Source: Phoronis australis (Eukaryota > Animalia > Phoronida). From it: 64,000 nt of DNA. Below, one piece after another: positions 23,722 to 38,077 of the stretch. The stretch covers positions 34,067 through 98,066 of the forward strand of contig NMRA01000286.1 of assembly GCA_002633005.1 (NCBI GenBank), read 5' to 3'. The notes beneath the pieces were generated by a model. That model was not told the DNA's origin and did no database searches. It saw only the letters and a list, made by a program, of their open reading frames with translations. The position numbers were made by a program, and so were the translations under genes. Within the stretch, counting starts at the first letter, position 1. Every line of letters starts with the position of its first letter.

Positions 23722-26700
23722 GTAAGTACTTTTTAAGAGATTATTTTATGTGTAAAACGTATTTTTGATGACGTGAAAATCTCTTATTTGATGAACGGAT
23801 TTTGCCCATAGCCGGTTTAAAATACACGGGATGAAATTAGTACAGAAAGTGATGGGTAGTATTGTAGCCCCTAGCCAGCCAGCCGAGGGCTACGCGTTAC
23901 CTGAGGATAGGCACCTGTAGTTAGCCGTTCATCATGACACTATAAAATGTTATTAGGAATTGTTTTAAAACTTTCTGCTTTTGCACGAGGGACTGTGCTC
24001 AGTAAGAGCATGAATATTTTCATGAAAAGAAAAAGTTGCATAAAACAGAATGATGTTTCATTTTGATGTCAATGTGCTTTAAGTTTCCTCTATCGCCAAA
24101 TTTTACTACCCAGTAACATGACCCAATTACAAACAGAATTGTGAAAAATCAAAAATTGAATTGTATAGGCTTTCTACTTTCAAAAATATATACTTTTGCT
24201 GAGTTAAAAATCTTAGTTTTGTGAATATTTGGCTCAATACGCAGACCTGTCCATAGTTTTATATGCAAAAGCTCGACATTTTAAAACAATTCCTAGTATT
24301 ATTGTCATGACAAATACTTTAATACATATTGTTATTCAATTTTTAAATATGTTTATATTTGTAAGAAAACATATTTACTACAGTGGGCAGTGTTAATGCT
24401 GGTGACATTTCACCGTTTTCTGAGCAGATTCCTTTGTTTTTGTCTTCTGACTCTAGTGTGTTTGGATAACCAGGTAACTAATATGCAAACTAACAGACAA
24501 TCAGCTGGGAGCCAATATCATATTGATTACTTTAGTTCAGCCTTTGGAGAAAGTCAGGAAATGGATTTTAACAATAGTTGCTGGTCTAAACAAATGATTT
24601 TCAGACAAAGTGTTGATTTATGCAATTAAATCAATAGGTAAGGTTGGTAACGTTCATGCAGTGAGTACAAGTCCTACAACTGTTCGGAAATCATGAGCCT
24701 GCTCACTATGATGTCACCACTAGTGAATATGTAGTGAATTTGATTACTGTATTTGTGGAACAAAGTCGTCTTCAAATTCAAGGTTTGTTTTTGCACCTAT
24801 TGACATCTTGGGAAATGTTTTGAGGCATAGTGAACATCATCGTTTTTAGGGAGTTATGAAAGGGTATCAATATGTACTCAAGGCTATTCTATCCAGCATA
24901 TCACAGTGTTTTTTGTCAGCAAAACTTTGCCTTTCCTTATGGCTTTTCTTGCATGATTACTGTATATTTTTCTAGTATTCTCTATGTCTTTACTAAGATT
25001 GTACCTATGCTGGGTCAATTTTGCTGATTATCGACCCTGTTATCATTTTTTCAAAGATGGTTCTCCTTGAAAAGGAAACCCTTCAATTCTGGGCCTCGTC
25101 ACTTTAAACAATATTTAGTGAGGATATAAGTAAGAGATACCATCATCTTAAGCAAGAAAGTTTATCTTCCAGATGGTCCTCACAAAAATACAAACAACAA
25201 ATATGGTAATTAACAATGGTAAAAACATTAAAAGAGACATAAAGATACAATCATATGGTAATAAATTACAGTGATTTGGCTGAGCAGGGAGTTTTACATG
25301 AAAAAATCATCTTAATAGCATTAAAAACAGTGTTTGAATACTTTTTAAATGGATCTTTGTGGGCTGTCTAAGGCTGGACAAAACTGATCTGAGAGCGAGA
25401 CCATTAATTTTTACTTGAAACTCGTTAAGCTTTGAGTGAACTTTTAGACTTTACGTAATGTGATTTGGTTTTTTTCTCAAGTCTCCAGTAACTTTTGGTG
25501 GTCATGGACCATCCTACATGAACAGAAATAGGCAACAGTTGTATATTGCAACAATGGAAGAAATCTAGAATTTTGCAGTATTTCTAAAACTATTCCTTAT
25601 TGAAATTATACTTCATTGTAAGCCCTTTGATACTGAATGGTTGTCATAATACAACATTTGGTAGGCCTATTTGTACCAATATAGCCAGTTTTAGAAAAAT
25701 GGCAATTTTGACAATAACTTTTGCAAAACGACTGAAGAATTATCCTACAATGTTCTCCTGTCATCTGTAAGCAAAAATATCATGAAGAAGATGTCTGAGT
25801 AGATCTTAGATTTTCACAATGTTATCAGCAACAATCTGTGCACTGTTGAAATGAGCACTGTGAAGACATCATGTATGAACTTAAAGGTGCACAATGTCCA
25901 TCAGAGGCTGCATTGTGGACCCCAAAAATTTTGGAATGTGGATCCTCTGTAGGTGATTATAGGTGCAGAGTGAACGTTGCATTTTTATGAGGTTTTAAAT
26001 TCATTTATACTTTTTACCATTCTTGTTACATGCAGCTCTAAACTAGATAGGGATGTGTCGGTCTTTGCAGTCAGGTCCAGACACTTTAGTGTACGATTTA
26101 AGCAAATTTTCGCTGGGAATAAAATTTGAATTAGGACTCGAAGTGGACGGGATTCTACCCATTTTTGGTGGATTAACATCAGGGAAAATAATTCATTCAT
26201 TAAAATTCTGGTTATTATCTGTAGCATAAAACTACTGGTGCTGACACATGTTGAACCGCACTCACCTGACTGTTTGGTGTCAGTGTCTGCCAATAGGGGC
26301 GACATGACTTTCGGGCAGTCATGAATGTTTTGGGGATACAACTGTTTGTGGAATAAGTCGCGTGTATTTTTTATGAAATATTTGTGGGATTTGAGAATGC
26401 ATGAGAATGGCACTATTGTGGGGATGGTGTTCATTCCGATGTTTCAACTAGTCCTTTTATTGATTCAACCTGTAGCCTATACTTGGTGTTGTCAATAATT
26501 AAAGTAGGCCTTTTCCAAATGTGAAATTGTATGCTTTCACGTGGTGAAGTACAATTAAATATTAATAGGACTAGGATATGCCAACAAGGTACAATCAATA
26601 TTGGTGTAGAGGTGACTGCACGGTTTCAATGATATTCAGTCAGAGATCGTCCGCACGAGAAGTCATATGCTAATATCCTTATGATTGTATCGTAAGTGTC

Positions 26701-27929
26701 AGAATCCTTATGGCTTGGTTCTCAGCTGATGTGCGCCAACTTGTCAGCTTGTTTTAACTTTCTGCTTGCAAGTATATACTGTTACGGAATATTCAAACTC
26801 AATGTTTAGAATTTCTCAAAAACTGTATTGTATTTTGTGAAGTCCCTCTTTTCTCAAGTTTATTATTTTGGAAAAACTGTATAGCTAAGTTTTAGGATGT
26901 GTTTTGCAGGATTTTATGACTCAGAGAATTTGTCAGTGTATCAGTTCTGAGGCTAGCTAATTCATTTTGTGTTTTATGATTTTTGCCAGGTGGGTAGCAT
27001 GTCTGTAAAAAAATCTTTCTCTGATTCACGTTTCTTGGAACATCTTGTTTAGGTGGTTACAGCTACGGTAATAGAATTACGTATCTTCAGCAATGTAATG
27101 TTGGGATGCTTTCCTCTGAACTGAATAAAGGTAATTTTGCAAAAATTACTCGGAAGTAAAGCAGACGGCAAAATATGTAAAAAAAAAACTGTGATTGGTT
27201 TGTATTGTTTTGTTGTAAGCATCTCTACAATGGTCTGTGTTATTCTCTAAGTTGGTTCATGTGCCGTGACGTGTGTGAGGTTTGCTACAGGAAATGGACT
27301 GCTGCGATTTTCGAATGGGTTTATGGTTTCAAGAACCAGCCATACGCATTTTTACTGACGTCTAAGTGGTAAGATAACTCTTCACTTTATCGCCCAAAAA
27401 TAACTGCCAATATTCTTTTCTAAAGTTCAAATGCTGTTCACCTTGTTGCAGATAGTAGGAACTTTACCGTATGTGTGCAATCCAAGATATTGATCAACTA
27501 AAATTTTCTTAATCAATTTTTATTGGAAATTTGACAAAATAGAATTTCACGTGTGTGTCCAATTGTGCGCTAAATGGATGGGAAATTAGAGTAGCATCCA
27601 TTCTTGGATTTGATTAATTAGGTTCCTAAATCAGTTGTGTAAGTTGTCCAATTACAAACTGCAAAAATGGAATGATTATTTGAAATTCTGTTGTGTTATC
27701 ACGCTTCCTCTCAGTTTTTCCTTTTCTGCTAATCACTGTATCTTGTTTTGTATTTCTTCTTTTGGCATATTAAGTGGACATAATCTCGTGGTTTCTGACC
27801 AAAAAACAAGTTTTCATTTAGGTCATTTACCATGATTATCAAATTGGTCCTAAGTTGTTACACCCTGATTAGAAATGGTCTTCAGGCTTAGGAATAAGTG
27901 ACAACTGGTTATTTTCATCTTCAAACTAA

Positions 27930-28110
27930 AGTGCCGTCCACACACAGTCTAGTCTTACCCTAGAACAACTTACTCCTGGAATGAGTTGTCGCTAGGTTTG
28001 AGGGCTATCTGGACGCTATTTAAACTAGCGCCACTAATTTTTCTCTTGCAACAACTTAGTTTACCTGATGGAAGGTAAAGTAACTTGTTCTTGGGTAACT
28101 TGCACAACTT
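27930..28110 (-). mobile_element. Partial copy of MITE family B
   Basis: Reverse complement of about 59808-59958. Confidence 0.65.
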
Positions 28111-31100
28111 GTAATAGCTGTGTGGTCACAAATGTGACTGAAGGTGTAAGTAGTTATCAGCTGCGTGCTTGCATATTTATACATGGGACGGGGTCTTCTT
28201 TTTCATGCCGTATTCTCATCTGCTGTTCATTGCGAAGGTCTACATCCGAAGAACGACATTTACTTCTGACTTGCACTTGTTATCGGATATATGTGTGCGT
28301 GGACACTTCGCTTAAAGTACAGCAAGTTGCAACAGTGTACGTTGTTTTAGGGTACGTCTTTGTCGACCGGACTCAATCTAATAAAATTTATGAGTGTGCT
28401 TGAAAGAAATAACGAGATGTTTGTTATTTCCATGTCAAGACGTCACACCTATGTTGACCAAGGGACAAAGATTTGAGGCCAGTTTGATACAAATAACAAG
28501 GGTCTTAAATCAAAACTTGTTGTTTGACAGAAAGCAAGCCGTAATACCTTAATACCCCTTGATCTGGAGTGATTGGTGATTCTAGTTGTTTTAATTTCAC
28601 TTTTCACCATTCATGTACTGAGTGTGGGTGTCAAAGCTTTCTACAATTAATTCACACCTCAATGGAATGTTAATGTTGATCAACTCCTTTCCAAAATACA
28701 AGCCAAATTCAAATAAATAACCTAGCCATGAAATCTGGTTGAAAAATTGTGTAGTCCTAATGTTTTCTCTGAGGCCAAATTGGCACTTATAGATGTTATT
28801 CTGTAATGGACATAAAATCCACACATTTTGAAAACCAGTTTTCTCCAGTGATAAACTAGCATCAAACTGGTTCTCAAAATCCGACTATTGCCTGTTATTC
28901 ATGGGCTAATTAACCACTTCTTCTCGTTCTATCTTACCACCTGTTGAGGAACTGCTCTGACTGCCTTTAACCTAGATTATGTTTTTGTCTTTCTTGTGGT
29001 TGTTGATTATTCTTTTAATTCTTTAAAGAGAAGAATTTCACTTTTTTGATGCGAGATGAGATTATTTTTCCTGTTGATAAACATTTCCATAATATTAGAC
29101 TTAGACATTGTTATCTTTAGTGACAATGTTGTTCATTTGAGATTAGCTCCAAGACAGGTTTGATACCAGTGCGACCTCGGAGGTCGCAGCTTGACGAATT
29201 GATTAAGAAATAAAAGCGAATGTGGCAAGTAGCCGATTCAGCAATTCTACCGTGCGACTGGAAGCCCTTTTCAGGCATCCGTGAGAATTTGCTGCTTTAC
29301 ATCTGTTGTCAAAAGTTTTAATTTCAAGGAGTCCTATGCAACAGTAACCCAAAAAATGTGTTTTGTTTTTGGCTCCAAAACTAATTGCATGTGTGCTTGA
29401 CCAAAAACTCCAAATGTATACATGACCCAGTTTCTATAAAAATAAATTTTCCCAATGTCTAATATAAAGGACATTTGTTGCTTGAACATTATGTTCAAAA
29501 CCAGTGGCAAGATGTGTTGTATTTTATGCTTTGTGGTATGTCTGACAGAGGGTGCAGCGAACACTCTGAGCACTGTGTAGCAAGGAAGGCAGAGTCTTTA
29601 AATTATTTTAGTAACTATTGTATTGATTCTTATGTAGTATGTAGCATTGTTACCACAAATCATGTAACCCAGAAGTTATGGAAGATTATCATTGATTATC
29701 ATTGCGTGAGGGACAAGAATGATGGAGTGCAACCTCTGTTCTTAATTGCACATACTACGCAGATAGAGTGACATCTAGTGAACAAAGTACAAACACCTAA
29801 TGTAACGCTCATGATAGAAGTAATTTGTGGGTAACCAGAGCATATTGGAATAGAACACCCAATTTATGACAGTGTTGTTTCAGTTAGCTAAGGATTCTGG
29901 AAGTTAAACAGACAAAAGTCAGCCAATATGTCTAACGATTCATTATATATGGCAATTTATGACTTCAGTATTGTCAGTGTGATACTTTCAACATATTGTG
30001 GGGATTAATTGTTCTTGTGTTACTATTCAAGGTAGGCTTTGACATAAAGTTGTATCATAGTTGGGGGAGTGGCAAGTAGGTAACATCGAGAATAAGAGTA
30101 AAGTTTATAAGCTGTTTAACTGCTGTATATCCCTTTGATGTCAGCACAGCTGTCACACCGTACTCTTCTCGTCTTGATACCCACCCAGGATTAGTTTCCA
30201 AATTTTTACTTTAAAATCCCCATGTTTGGTTGAATTTGAACTTTACCGTTGTACTTGTACCTCTTGGTGAATCCAACATGTACCTTGATAAATCTAAATA
30301 ATTATGCGTTTTTACCTCATTGTGTAATTAATCAACTGTCATCTACTATGTGCTGCTTGCGAAAATTTGCCTGTTGTGTAACTTGTAATCATTGATTGAC
30401 ATGCTGGTGATGTAATTCTTCATTTGTAGGATTTTAATAGCGTGTTAGAAAATATACCTAGTATGCAAAACGAAGCTATTGACTGGGGTTATAGCTGTCG
30501 ACTTTGCCGATATGTTTTAGCATCTACTCAGCTGGCTTGAAGATGTGGGCATTGTGGTGTGGAGAAGAGGTTCATTAATTAATGCTCATGACTGGACATT
30601 GTTGGACTGTTCTTCTGCATCCGGAGAACTAACCTTAGACCCGGTCTCGTAGTCATATGCTCAGAATCTGTCTTATCCCGTGGCTGGATTTTATTTTTTC
30701 GATGTTTATTACGAAAAGTATAATGTACAAAAGAGCTAGAACTATTGTATCTGAGTGATTCTGTTAACATGATGACTGATGTTAAGATATTACTTATGCT
30801 ATTTGTGTCTTAAGCCAATGGTTCATAGTTCTCACCTCCTATGGTGTTTCTGGGCAGTGATTTCTCATTTGAAAAGTAACTTTAGTGAGCTGGCTAAAAA
30901 CATGTGTCTAGAATCACTTTGTTCTGTATTTGTTATTTCTGATCTACTTCATGAAAATCATCTGGTCTTTTGTAGGATTTCTTGGAAACATCCATGTGTG
31001 AGTGATTAACGAGAGGACAATGTCTGTTTAAAGCCGCCTGCTGTTGCGATATTCAAATTATGTGTACCTTGATTGAATACAAGTAAGTAGACCTTCCAGG

Positions 31101-31965
31101 TCACATGACCTGGTGCGACCTGCTCGCAATTTTCTTAGTGACTGCAATATATGCATCTATATAGTATTACCCAAATTGGAATTCTGTAATTAACCGTTAA
31201 GTCTGCGAAACGGATGCGCCGATCACGCCAAAACTCCACGTGGCTCTAGATCTTCAAGCCCCATGGTGGAAGTGCTTGGACATTTGGCATGAAATGGCTG
31301 CACAGCTAACTTGTGTGCACCATCAAAAATTCTAATAATTAAAGTACATTTCTCACTCAACGTCGTGTCCTGACACTTGGTTTCAAACGTCATACCTTGG
31401 AGGATAGGGTTACAAACGTGAGGTGTTCCTAAGCAATATTCGTTCTTGGGTGTGCTCAGGACACATTTTGTGTTGTGCGCGTCTGTATGCTATCATCCTG
31501 TATTTTGTTTGTGACGCTGCCTCATGCCAGATTCTTGCTCGAGGTCAAATATTATTCACAATCGCTTCCATTTAATTGTTTCCAAGTTAAAAAATCAGGG
31601 TTGTCACCACGGCGTTGTGAGCCCTAGTCTTTTATTGCAACTTTTAGTATAAAACAATACTGAATAAGGATCCAACGCGAGCTCCAATCTCACGCCCTTT
31701 TTTAAAAATGTTTATTGCGAAAAATGCAATGCACAGTAACTGTAGTTAAGCCCTATCCACTCCCTCTGAGCACTCATGCTTTTTACGGGTACCATCTTGT
31801 AATATATTAATATTGCTAATGGACACTGTCAGTGGTCACAGAGATGGTAGTGTATAGAGACAAGATCCTAATCTGATATAAAAATTTTAATCAATTACCA
31901 ATATGTCTGGAACTTCTCATGTGTCGTGAGTGTGTTATCTGTTACCCACTGATTCCCGTTGTTGG

Positions 31966-32128
31966 ATTCAGTGTCAGATTTGACCCTGCCATCATCATCA
32001 TCATCATCATTGTCGTCGTCATCATCATCATTCAGTGTCAGATCTGACCCCGCCATCATCATCATCGTCATCATGATTCAGTGTCATATCTGACCCTGCC
32101 ATAATCATCGTTATCATCATTCTGTGCT
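31966..32128. repeat. Compound tandem repeat: 3 units of attcagtgtcagatytgacccygc plus (CAT)n
   Basis: Directly visible. Confidence 0.9.
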
Positions 32129-34894
32129 ATCAACAACTGAAATCTCCAATGTTTTGCAAAAGGCGACAACAAACGAGCTGGATGCAAGCCGTTGCCGACA
32201 TTCTCTGTCGCACAAATTTACTTACAGTTACACTATCTTAAATGCAGATTTACCCACCTTGTTATGGTGTACACCTAATTGCTGATGTGCAGCTTAATTT
32301 TAAGAAGTTGACATACTGCTAATTGCATTTTTTCAAACTGGTCGCTATTTTTCAAACAGATCGTGGGCCATTCAAATGTGTCAAGAGTTGCCAAACTAGG
32401 TTTGAGGGACCTGCAGGTTGCCAACGTGACCTCAGATTTTGTTTGGCGTTCTGGTAAAAACGCCATGTCGCCATGAGGCCTTCATGAAAGCATGCGAGCA
32501 TCATGGATTTAAAATACTACAGTGGAAGTCAAAATCGTTTGGCAAAACTGAAGGGCCCGCTTATGAATCATGCACAGTTAACATGTGTGTTGATCTTAGG
32601 AGGTGAACTTGTGTGGCTATTGGGTCCGAAGGGGGGAAATTGGTCCTTAGTGAACACATGTTTCAAAAAAAGCGTCATCCTGGCAATATCGGGTGCACTG
32701 GCGTACATTTGCTGACTTAGTTGATTTTTGTCTTCAGGTATTACCGTAAGTAGTGCTCTTTAATATCTGGCTGTGCATGTTCACGGCGCCTCTAGTATTT
32801 CTTGATCAGCGTATTCCGGTTTGAACTGATAGCCTGTGAAACCTAACAATACGACCTGTGAAGTCTTCGTCGGATGAGCTCTTGACTAAGTCGGGATTGG
32901 CGCCGGGCGAGTTGCCATGTAGACGTTTATTATTCTGCGTTCTTTTTCAAAATGAATTATTTTCATCCTAAAATGATCCTAACCAATGCTTATATGAAAC
33001 TGAAACAAAGTCTGTCTCATTAGAAACAATTTGTAATGCCTTGGAGTGCTCGTGAGTGTAAATCTCTGTTTTGAGAAGCCAGCAATGAATAAACCACTGG
33101 GTTACCGGCCTTTGATGCTGACAACAAAGGTAATTGAACAGGCACCGAGGTCGTGTGAGCGCATGCTAATTCAGTGTTTGCTGACAGAAAGCTGTTGTGA
33201 AACAATTACTTGATTTTATATGCTATGGTCACATGTTAGGGGAATCTTTATCTAGAAATACAAATACATTATTCAAATCATTAGTTACTGTACAACCTTT
33301 TGCCCTGACCGTCCTTTGGAAGGGGTCAACCCAACTTCGTGGCCCCCGACAAGTAAGTAGATTTTTAGTTTCGTGGCTAATTCACATAAATAATTCCGTA
33401 CACATTATTTCAGAAATAGTGCTTTAGCTCATTTCGTGAGTGGAGGTTTAGTTTCCAGCTCAAGCTGGTTTATGTTCGTTCCAGTTCCGGCGGCTGCGAC
33501 CGGCCTGATCGGGTTGTAAGCCACTGACCGGGATAACAAGCGTTTTGTGTGTTTAGAACTCAAAAAATCACAAGTATAAACAACACAGATCTAGGTTCTC
33601 CTGTCTGTATTTCACGGAAGGATACTTTGAATTTATCTCGGAACGTACCCCAAACTCCTGCTACGGTCTTTGGTAAATTGGCCTGCCGAAGTTTGTAGGC
33701 TTATGGTGTGTCCAAATACCAGTAAATCCGTAACAGCGAAATAAAACGAACACGTTTTTTAAGAACTCGGTGTACTTTTAAGGGTTTTACATCGAAGTTT
33801 GATGATTTATTGGTGTTAAACGATGAATTCAAGCAATTAGCTGATTAACCACTAACCTGTGTTGTGAACTGTTGAGCAGACTGCGTGTGAAACCAGTTAC
33901 GGCATTGGATAATTTCAACACCTCCGTCTGCCGTCAGGTGTCAGGTAACTTACCGAACCTACCATTATCGAGTAGAACTACTCGATCTGATACAAAATAG
34001 GTTGTTTTTTGGGTGGCATTCTCCTTTAATTAAATACAATTTATTTGTTTTTCCGAAGCTAAGTTGTAGATAATTGTGATTGAAATCCTTGATGTTGACT
34101 GAAGAAAATTTACTGGGCAGATTGTGGTGTTGCGTACATCGATAGTAATATAATACTTGATAATACTATTAATAAAATAATCTTTATGATAATGATAATA
34201 GTAGTTATAACAAATGTTACTATATTAACGTATTAGTAATATCGATATTGATGAGACTTAAGATTTGTGACTTTCAGTCTGGGCCCAAGGTCTGAATACT
34301 TGTACTCAATGAAGTTGAGATTAATTTTGGCATTTTCCGCTCTGCTTTCATGCGACCTCAGGATAAGTGTCTATTGGTCTGTGGTCAAGAATATTGTAGC
34401 TTATGCGTATGATCCATGTTCACACTTGACAACCCCAGATTCAAGTTACAAGCACCTATAAAAACTCAACATTTTTGAGTAAAATTCGAAATTTCGATTT
34501 CATACTCGACCTTTCCAACCTTTTTACTGGAGTCATCAAGTAGGCCTAGGCATGACTGGAAGATTCCTAAATTATGACACTAAAGCTCAGATCTTCAATT
34601 TTGAGATGCTGTGCACCATCTGAGTGGCAAGTGCAGTACTACGCACAACTATTTTCAGCTACTGCAGCTTAGATGTCGATTAACTCCCTATTCTCTGTGC
34701 TGAATGACATCTCCCTGGATTTGATCTGTCATCTGTCATTGATTTTGTATTACAGGCTTTCAGTCACGCTGATGATAGTAAATGAATTTGTTTTCTTGTT
34801 ACATTGTTCTGTTGGTTATAATTAATAAACATTCACAATCTTTTTGGTCAGTTGTTTTATGTGCATTGTGTATCACTTCAGAATGGAGTTTTTA

Positions 34895-35385
34895 AGCTCT
34901 TTCATACTAACATGGACGCCCAGATGTTTTGGAGAGTTGTGGTCAGTATGAACGGTTAACTTTGGTTCTGGATCGAAGTTAACAACACTAGTTAACTTCA
35001 CAATAAACAAGTGGATTTAAAGTGGAGCGTCAGTGTTGCAGTGTGGTCAACTTCCCTCCCATCAAACTTATCACCAGGGGACCACTGTTATTGTCAACAA
35101 CCGTAGGTGTCGTCACTAATACTTGCTTATATTTTGCTCGAATAATCACCAATTGAATTAGAAATAAACTTTATGTCAATTAGTAATTGTAAATGTTCTC
35201 AAATTGTCACATTAAGAAATCTTAGCGTGCACACGATGCATCAGCGCTACCTTGTGATTACTTCGATGACTACAATGTCACCTGCCATTTATTTCGATGT
35301 CCGTTAACTATTGAAGCTGGTGCGAACGGTTTAGTTAACTTTGCAGTTTACGGTGACGCTCCGCTCGGGAAGTATGAAAGGGCCT
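34895..35385 (+). mobile_element. MITE family A copy 1 (TIR ~AGGCCCTTTCATACT), PIF/Harbinger-like
   Basis: TIRs agctctttcatact / agtatgaaagggcct; alignable along its length with 37549-38077. Confidence 0.8.
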
Positions 35386-37548
35386 ATAGTCACCTTTGGC
35401 CTGGATTTCATAGATAACAGATTGAAGTCCTTGTAGATTGAGATGCACTTTTGGTTGTATCATTGAAATGCTGTAAAATAGTGCATCATTATGCAAGGAC
35501 CTCTTAATTACGCATATGATTATTTGTGTATATTCAGCGGTCAGAAACAATACCATGACGGTGTCTATAAATTCCAGCTTCGTTCAGTCCAAGACTGGAG
35601 CAGGCACCACACCCACACTACAAATACCAAGATCTGAGCCCCTACATCATCGTAGAAGAATCTGGTTTCTGGCAATTTAGGTTTAGGATTTGTGCCTCGA
35701 GTTAGGTGTCTGCTGGTCTGGGACTGGAATTTAAAGAATCGTAGTTGAAATTCAGAGATATGACTAAGCAACGAGCATTATAAATTATGAAAGTTTAGTC
35801 GCACTCTGGCTGAGGCTTGCTTAGGCGTTGGGTTAACTAAACCCAAACTGTTAGCATAGGAGTTGTCTCATAAGTTGGGCATCTCAAGGCACCAGCTAAA
35901 TTTAGTACTATTGCTATCATTTTCAAGTTCACAGTGAGAAAATCAAGTTTTAACTTGAGAAAATGTTGACGCCTAATTTCAAGAAGGGAGCTTAGATAAT
36001 GTTCGATAATTTATTTTGTATCTAGTTGAACGTCCGATAACCCTACGTGCTTTTGGTCTGATAAAGAAAATCCTACTTTTGTATCAACACAAGATGTAAT
36101 CCAAATAATACCTGCAGAAGGTAGCTTTACATTTTGTCAAAATTGTTCATTGAGGTATTGATAGGAATCTTCAGCAGCTAGTCATTTTTAACGATCTTGA
36201 CCTCGTTCACAAGGTCTTAGCAAGAAATTTACACATTCTATTGTAAAATTGTTGATATGATATCTGAAGGAAACTTTACTTTCTGTTCATATTTTGTACT
36301 ATTTAGTGTAGGTAGTGCATCTCTAGGCTCTAATCAGTTGAGCCACCTACGTAATGACATTGGTTTCAAAGTCATAGCTTGAAATTTAAGAATCAGTTAG
36401 GAAAATCTCAGAAAGGTAGGTTTTTATTTTCTTCACATTCTATGTCACAGTTTAATTGGGGCATCTTCAGATGCCAGTTGAATTTTGCGACATATCACTT
36501 TATGTCATACCTTTAAAATGATTCATACAATATACGATGTTATTTTTTAACCACTTCTGTTGCATTATAAGAAAACTGACCTTTTCACAAATATGCACCT
36601 ACGTAAATGTAAACATAAGTTAAGTTAACTAAACCTTGTGAGTGTGAATGAGTGTATGAAAGTCCTTCCCCTTCCCGTTTCCCTCCCCCTTTTATAATAA
36701 TCTCAGCTAATTATCCACCTAGTCATTAGGAGTTATTTTTCAGATACATGTTTGTTCTATTTGTATGAGGTATATATGTCCTCTGGTATGTTGTAAAGAT
36801 ATGTAGTTGGGGCCACCCAACCCCCAGTCATATCTACTAATCACTAATGATATTCTTTCTGGGTAAATAAACGTATTAATGTTATACCTCATACTGAGAA
36901 AATAAATTTTTGCCTGAAAAATGGCGAAAGGAACATTCATGGTTTGTATATGGCACCAAGCTGTGGGTATGGTATCTCTAGTCACTAGTCTATTTTGGCA
37001 ATCTAGACTTCGTTTTTTAGGTCATAACGATAAACTAAAGAGTTTCCTGAAAAAACGTAGGCCCGATAACTCAAGAAGAAAACTTTCATCTGGTTCATCT
37101 TTACACAAAACATTCAGTGCCACATAAAATCATTGACTAAAAAATGTGTATATCCCAAGACGGCAGAGGGCGTTTTGATCACCCTGTGACAGATGCTCAC
37201 AGTTTGCCAAGCTTCCTTATCAACTGATCAGTCATAGAAATGGACAGCCATGTCTCGTCATGTAAAATGGTTACTCATTACTATAATTGTTGCTACTGGC
37301 AGAAACTTTCATCCAATATTGAGCAGGCACAAACTCATGGTAAAATGTGATTGAAATCTGCTTTTCCTACTGCTTGGCTATCAAATGTGGGAGTAATTCC
37401 ATTTGGAAAATTATCCAGAGTCTACTGTTTATTGGATAAGGCCCCCAGCTTCCTGCATGTCATTAAAAATCCCAGGTTGTCTATCTCTGTGCAGATTGAA
37501 ATTGGTTTGTAATGGAAATGGTTGTTAAATAGAACATGTGATGACTAA

Positions 37549-38077
37549 AGGCTTTTTCATACTAAAACCAATGCGTCAATATTTTGGGGAGTTGTGTTCA
37601 GTTAGAACGGTTAACTTTGGTCTTGGTGGATCAAAATTAAGAGCGCCAGTTAACTTGGCAGTGAACAGGTGGATTTTACAGTGGAGCGTGGACTCTGCGG
37701 TGCAGTATGAACAGTCAACTTTGGTCTCATCAGAGTTATCGCCGGGGGGGGGGGGTCACTGCTTTTGTCAACAATTAAAGGGCAGTAGCATAACTAATAA
37801 TTACTTATATTTTGCCCGAATAATCACCAATCTAATTAGAAACAAGTTTTGTGTCAAGTAGCATTATGTAAATGCTCTCAAATTGTCACGTTAAAAAAAT
37901 TTAGCCTGCACATGATGCATCTGCGCTGCCTTGCGATTACTTCGATAGTGACAGCGTCACCTACCGTTTATTTTGATGTCATTAACCACTGAAGCCGGTA
38001 TGACTGATTCAATTAACTTTGCAGTTTACGACAAGGCTCTGCTCATAATGCAGTTTAAAGTTAGTATGAAAGGGCCT
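37549..38077 (+). mobile_element. MITE family A copy 2
   Basis: aggctttttcatact / agtatgaaagggcct; interior matches copy 1. Confidence 0.8.

Noticed and set aside
25985-26434. 149-aa minus-strand ORF (also 40735..41160 and 55283..55630)
   Set aside because: No recognisable motifs or splice support; composition typical of random AT-rich ORFs.
32484-32602. Another phase-2 ORF (MKACEHH...DLRR) as a Kv-beta first exon
   Set aside because: Weak donor (gtgaac) and no YR motif; consistent with chance.
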